Source of the DNA: Nitrospirota bacterium
Lineage (GTDB): Bacteria; Nitrospirota; UBA9217
Length of the DNA stretch: 64,000 bases
Direction: 5' to 3'
NCBI GenBank assembly: GCA_963663225.1
Contig: OY760142.1
Span: 1,664,001 to 1,728,000 of the forward strand
A program made the position numbers and the translations under genes. A model generated the notes under the pieces. It saw nothing but the letters and a program-made list of their open reading frames with translations, did not search any database and was not told the origin of the DNA. This document shows positions 59,565-64,000 of this stretch, one piece after another (within the stretch, counting starts at the first letter, position 1; each line of letters begins with the position of its first letter).

Positions 59565-60448
59565 GAGGATACGGTTTGTTCTATTTTATTGCGGAAGCAT
59601 TCCGCGGTCTTCGCGCCAACAGCATCGTAAACCTGCTCGCCGTGGGCACGATCAGCATGGCCATGCTGATCGTCAGCTTTTTTCTGCTGGTATTCTTTAA
59701 CGTGCAGACCGCGGTGAATTCCCTGGGCGACCGGATCGAGCTGTCCGTGTACCTGAAGGAAGGCCTGAGCGGACAGGAGAAGGAATTTTTGTTTTCAAAA
59801 CTCAACGCCGAGCCGGGGGTAAGGAAAGTGACGTATCTTTCGAAGGCAGAGGCGTTTTCCCAGTTCAAAAAGGAGCTCAAGGGGCAGGAAGCGCTGCTGC
59901 AGGGGCTGGGCGAGAACCCGCTGCCCGACTCCTATGAACTCAACGTGGACCGCCTGCACTCCGACACGCAGCGGCTTGAGGCCATGGCAAAGAAATTTTC
60001 CGGCTATCCCGGCGTGGAGGACGTCTCGTATGGAAAACAGGGGGCCGAAGTGCTGACAGGCCTGTACAAATTGACGACGTACGGCGGGACTGCACTGGCG
60101 GTACTGCTCGGGGTTGCCGTTGTCTTCATCATTTCAAATTCCGTCCGGCTTGCGCTCTATTCCCGCGGACAGGAAATAGAGCTGATGCAGTGGATCGGCG
60201 CGACGCGCTGGTTCATTCAGGGACCGTTTCTCATCGAAGGTATGCTGCTTGCCATGCTCGGGTCAACCCTTGCCGTCGGCATCCTTGCAGCGGTTTTTTA
60301 CACGCTGCCTCAGGATGTCGTTCTTTTTCTTTCCCGGCCGAACGGCCTTGATTTTCTGCCGCTGCCGGTGATGGCCGCCGTCATTTTCGGCGGCGGTTCC
60401 CTCGGGCTGGCCGGAGGGTTTATCTCGGTGAACAAATTTTTGAAGTAG
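59561..60448 (+). CDS. ftsX: Cell division permease FtsX
   Basis: ENPLP, ISNSVRL and GAT..FI..PF.IEG motifs. Confidence 0.95.
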   Translation: MRGYGLFYFIAEAFRGLRANSIVNLLAVGTISMAMLIVSFFLLVFFNVQTAVNSLGDRIELSVYLKEGLSGQEKEFLFSKLNAEPGVRKVTYLSKAEAFSQFKKELKGQEALLQGLGENPLPDSYELNVDRLHSDTQRLEAMAKKFSGYPGVEDVSYGKQGAEVLTGLYKLTTYGGTALAVLLGVAVVFIISNSVRLALYSRGQEIELMQWIGATRWFIQGPFLIEGMLLAMLGSTLAVGILAAVFYTLPQDVVLFLSRPNGLDFLPLPVMAAVIFGGGSLGLAGGFISVNKFLK

Positions 60449-60518
60449 CATCTTGCTCGTTGCTGTCTGAGGTCGTTTTCCCCTGCAAGTCCACGGTGAA
60501 TTCGAATAATACGGAACG

Positions 60519-61703
60519 ATGATGAAAATTCTCCGATCGGCCACGCTTGCCGCAATACTGGTTCTGTGCATGAGCATGGACAACGCGTTCGTGCACGGCA
60601 AGGACGAAGGAGCCGACAAACAGGAACTGCAGCGCATTAACCGTGAACTGCTCCAGAAAAAGAAGGAGATCAGCAGAACCAAACGCAAAGAGCGCTCAAT
60701 CATTTCCGAGCTGGACAAAATAGACCGGGACATCCAGTCCGGGAGCGCGGAACTGGCGGAGCAGCAAAAGCGGCTTCGTGAAACCGAGGCCGCCTTCCGG
60801 GAGAACGACCAAAGCAATGCCGAGACCATCCACAAGCTGGCAGGATTGAAGCACGCCTATGCACAGCGGCTTCGCGCGCTGTATAAGATGCACAAAAGCG
60901 GAAATACCGGCCTGCTTTCGGCGGACAGCCTGGGCGGAGCGCTGAAGCGGTTCCGGTATCTCAGCATGATCGCCGAGCGGGACCGGACGGTCATCAAGGA
61001 GTATGGCGACAACCTTGAGCGTCTTGCAATACGCCAGACAGAAATAACCGGATTGAAGCAGGACCTTCTTGTGCGCAAGCGGTCCATCGAAGTCAAAAAA
61101 GCATCGCTGGAAGCGCAGAAACGAAGAAAAGCCGAAATCCTTACGAATGTACGGAAGGAAAAAGGCCTGTACGAACAAACGGTGCGCGAATTGGAAGAGT
61201 CGTCAGCGAACCTGTGGGCCATGATCAAAAGGTCCGAGCAGGAAAAAAAGGACAAAAAGACGACTGCTTCCGCGCCGACCCCCGGGGAAACCTCCTTGTC
61301 TTCCGACCGGGCGAAGCTGCCCTGGCCCGTGTCCGGGCAGGTGTTGACGCGCTTCGGCATGCAGCGGCATCCACAGTTCGGCACCATGGTGTTTCGCAGA
61401 GGAATCGAAATCTCTGCCCAGGTCGGAGATACCGTCCGTGCGGTCAGTGACGGCACGGCGGCCTATGCCGACTGGTACAAAGGATACGGCAAGCTGGTCA
61501 TTCTGGAGCACGGCAACGGCTTTTATACCCTGTACGGCAATCTGTCAAACCTGGAGACCCGAAAGGGTGACCGGGTTGCCAAGGGGCAGGCGATCGGGCA
61601 GGCAGGCGACACCGGCAGTATGCGCGGGGCAAAACTCTATTTTGAAATACGGCGCAATGGAGAGGCGCAGGACCCCCTGCTCTGGCTGTCTAAGAACAGA
61701 TAA
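60519..61703 (+). CDS. envC: EnvC-like murein hydrolase activator (coiled coil plus degenerate M23)
   Basis: Coiled coil, LPWPVSG and GYGK.VI.EHG motifs. Zn ligands are replaced (RRGIE, YGNL, LYFE). Confidence 0.9.
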   Translation: MMKILRSATLAAILVLCMSMDNAFVHGKDEGADKQELQRINRELLQKKKEISRTKRKERSIISELDKIDRDIQSGSAELAEQQKRLRETEAAFRENDQSNAETIHKLAGLKHAYAQRLRALYKMHKSGNTGLLSADSLGGALKRFRYLSMIAERDRTVIKEYGDNLERLAIRQTEITGLKQDLLVRKRSIEVKKASLEAQKRRKAEILTNVRKEKGLYEQTVRELEESSANLWAMIKRSEQEKKDKKTTASAPTPGETSLSSDRAKLPWPVSGQVLTRFGMQRHPQFGTMVFRRGIEISAQVGDTVRAVSDGTAAYADWYKGYGKLVILEHGNGFYTLYGNLSNLETRKGDRVAKGQAIGQAGDTGSMRGAKLYFEIRRNGEAQDPLLWLSKNR

Positions 61704-61819
61704 TAATTATTGTAATGCAGGGTGAAAAGTGTAATTATAAGAAACACGGTGCACCCTTTCATTCTGTCTATTCTGATTGCAGGAGAGAGCGTATGCGGAA
61801 CCCTCTGGAGGACGAAGGC

Positions 61820-63178
61820 ATGATACGAATTAACAAAAAAAAGCTGTTTGCTACCGCGCTGGTTATACTGATGGTGGGCGTTCTGATCGGGCAGGGACTG
61901 GTCCAGGCCAAGTCAGACACCTATGAAGATTTAAAGGCGTTTACCCAGGCGCTGGAGTTGGTCAAACGCAACTACGTGGAAAACCCCGAATCAAAAGAGC
62001 TGATTCAGGGGGCCATCCGGGGCATGGTCTCAAACCTCGATCCGCATTCGTCGTACATGACGGCGCGGCAATTCAAAGAAATGAGCATGGATATCAAAGG
62101 AGAGTTCCAGGGAGTGGGCATCCAGATCGGTGTGAAGAATCAGCAGCTTACCATCATTGCCCCGATCGAAGACACTCCGGGTTTCCGCGCAGGGCTGGCA
62201 GCCGGAGATAAAATACTGAAGATTAATGATGAGTGGACGCGGGACCTTTCCATCGAACAGGCAGTGGACAAAATGCGCGGTCCCCGCGGCACACCGGTGC
62301 GGCTTTTGATTCTTCGGGATGGCTGGGATAAACCGAAGGAGTTCAAGATCGTCCGGGATGTAATCAAAGTGTTGAGCGTCAAATCCAAGATGCTCGACGA
62401 CGGGATCGGCTATGTAAAGATCGTACAATTTCAGGGACAGACTCCGGAAGAACTCGAAAAAGCCCTGTCAAGCCTTGAAGCAAAAGGCATAAAAAAGCTG
62501 GTTCTCGACCTGCGCAATGATCCGGGCGGGCTTCTTGACGCCTCCGTGGATGTGAGCGGAAAATTTTTGCCGAAGAACAAACTGGTGGTCTACATCCAGG
62601 GCAGGCAGGTTTCCGAACGGAAAGACTTTCTTACCAGCGGGCCCGGTGTTCCGCGCGAATTTCCGATGGTCGTGCTGGTCAACACCGGCAGCGCGAGCGC
62701 GTCGGAAATTGTGGCGGGAGCGCTGCAGGATTCAAAACGCGCATTGATCCTCGGCACCCAAACCTTCGGCAAAGGCTCTGTTCAGACGGTATTTCCGCTG
62801 GAAGACGGCAGCGGCCTGCGGTTGACGACGGCAAAATATTACACGCCGAACGGCCGGTCCATTCAGAATGTAGGTATTACGCCGGACGTCGAGGTGAAAC
62901 TGCCGACAGTAAAAGATGCTAAGAATAATAACGGCTCCCCAACACATGTAATCATTCGCGAGAAGGACCTTGACCGGCACTTGAAGAATGAATCTTTCAA
63001 GGAAGAAAAGAAAAAGAAGGAACAGCCGGCAACAGAAGAGGAATTCGACATGGAGGTCATGCCGAAGGACGATAAAGACGATATTCAGTTGCAGAAAGCG
63101 ATTGAAATTCTTAAGCCTGCAGTTCAAGCCGGGGATGTATTCAAGAATATTCCGGTTTCTGCTAAAAAGGAAAAATAA
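61820..63178 (+). CDS. ctpA: Carboxy-terminal processing protease (S41A)
   Basis: LDPHS, PDZ GVGI, DLRNDPGG, SASASE and TFGKGSVQ motifs. Confidence 0.95.
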   Translation: MIRINKKKLFATALVILMVGVLIGQGLVQAKSDTYEDLKAFTQALELVKRNYVENPESKELIQGAIRGMVSNLDPHSSYMTARQFKEMSMDIKGEFQGVGIQIGVKNQQLTIIAPIEDTPGFRAGLAAGDKILKINDEWTRDLSIEQAVDKMRGPRGTPVRLLILRDGWDKPKEFKIVRDVIKVLSVKSKMLDDGIGYVKIVQFQGQTPEELEKALSSLEAKGIKKLVLDLRNDPGGLLDASVDVSGKFLPKNKLVVYIQGRQVSERKDFLTSGPGVPREFPMVVLVNTGSASASEIVAGALQDSKRALILGTQTFGKGSVQTVFPLEDGSGLRLTTAKYYTPNGRSIQNVGITPDVEVKLPTVKDAKNNNGSPTHVIIREKDLDRHLKNESFKEEKKKKEQPATEEEFDMEVMPKDDKDDIQLQKAIEILKPAVQAGDVFKNIPVSAKKEK

Positions 63179-63388
63179 CGGGCAGAAAAACTTTTCGTTC
63201 TTTTGCTTCTGTTTTTGTAGGTTAGTAAAATATAACATATTGGAAAAGCAGGGATTTAATCCCTGCTTTTCTTTTTTTGATAAAAAATCAGATAATTGAA
63301 GATAATAGCAAAAATCTGCCATGAACTGCTATAAATAGCTAAAAATAGTCCAAAAACGGATTTGCAATTTTTTCGGTCGGGAAATATA

Positions 63389-63415
63389 TTAGCACTCGCC
63401 TCAAATGAGTGCTAA
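63389..63415 (+). promoter_or_regulatory. CIRCE element 3 upstream of groES
   Basis: Perfect TTAGCACTC-N9-GAGTGCTAA. Confidence 0.97.
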
Positions 63416-63473
63416 TATTGTGCTACAATAACAATACAAAATGAAATAACAATACAAGAAAGGAGTAGGAAAC

Positions 63474-63740
63474 ATGAGCATTAAATTCAAACCATTGAAG
63501 GACAGGGTATTTGTGAGTTATACCGCGGAACTGGAGAAAACCGCCGGCGGGCTTTATATTCCGGACACCGCAAAAGAGAAACCGCAGAGCGGCAAAGTAG
63601 AGGCAGTTGGTGAGGAAGTAAAAACACTCAAGGTTGGTGACAGCATACTTTTTGACCGTTATTCCGGCTCCAAGATAAACCTTGACAATGTTGAATATCT
63701 GATCGTAAAAGAAGAAGATGTGCTTGGTGTTCTGAGCTGA
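63474..63740 (+). CDS. groES: Co-chaperonin GroES
   Basis: KPLKDRV and TAGGLYIPDTAKEKP motifs. Confidence 0.97.
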   Translation: MSIKFKPLKDRVFVSYTAELEKTAGGLYIPDTAKEKPQSGKVEAVGEEVKTLKVGDSILFDRYSGSKINLDNVEYLIVKEEDVLGVLS

Positions 63741-63793
63741 TGCTCTGACGGCAAATCTGAGAATGCAACAACAACGGTATAATCCGGAAATGA

Positions 63794-64000
<207 letters not shown>

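Noticed and set aside
60519-61703. Inactivated M23 peptidase as a pseudogene or novelty
   Set aside because: Loss of Zn ligands is the expected state of EnvC-type activators next to ftsEX.

Overview
Mostly core chromosome of an anaerobic or microaerophilic Gram-negative bacterium. Gene content and order suggest Nitrospirota or Desulfobacterota (inference only). From left to right: an AT-rich type II restriction-modification pair (TdeIII-family REase and M.SinI-like C5 MTase with an N-terminal HTH), a divergent RelA/SpoT-synthetase-like protein, an ACT-ACT-MBL hydrolase, rrf2-cydAB, the CIRCE-controlled hrcA-grpE-dnaK-dnaJ operon, a ferritin-like gene, a radical SAM/SPASM locus, korAB-like oxidoreductase, corA, a DUF4139 protein, an octaheme HAO-family cytochrome, an ECF sigma/anti-sigma pair, a PDO-TrxR fusion, a LemA/TPM operon, HDOD/GGDEF genes, a macro domain, mscL, a sigma54-preceded giant DUF11/SdrD-B surface protein with an OmpA/beta-barrel partner, iorAB-paaK-ACT-paaI, a Tat-signal L-serine dehydratase, tRNA-Leu(CAA), split transketolase, ftsEX-envC-ctpA and CIRCE-groES-groEL. 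The best candidate for an undescribed system is an unannotated 20-aa peptide gene (16589-16651, minus strand, MTIKKVTKKAALTCKCKSSC). It has a strong RBS and lies between a radical SAM/SPASM gene with an RRE-like N-terminus and a terminator, with a divergent Cys-rich partner gene, which suggests a minimal RiPP (ranthi/sactipeptide-like) cluster. All family assignments come from motif recognition, not database searches.
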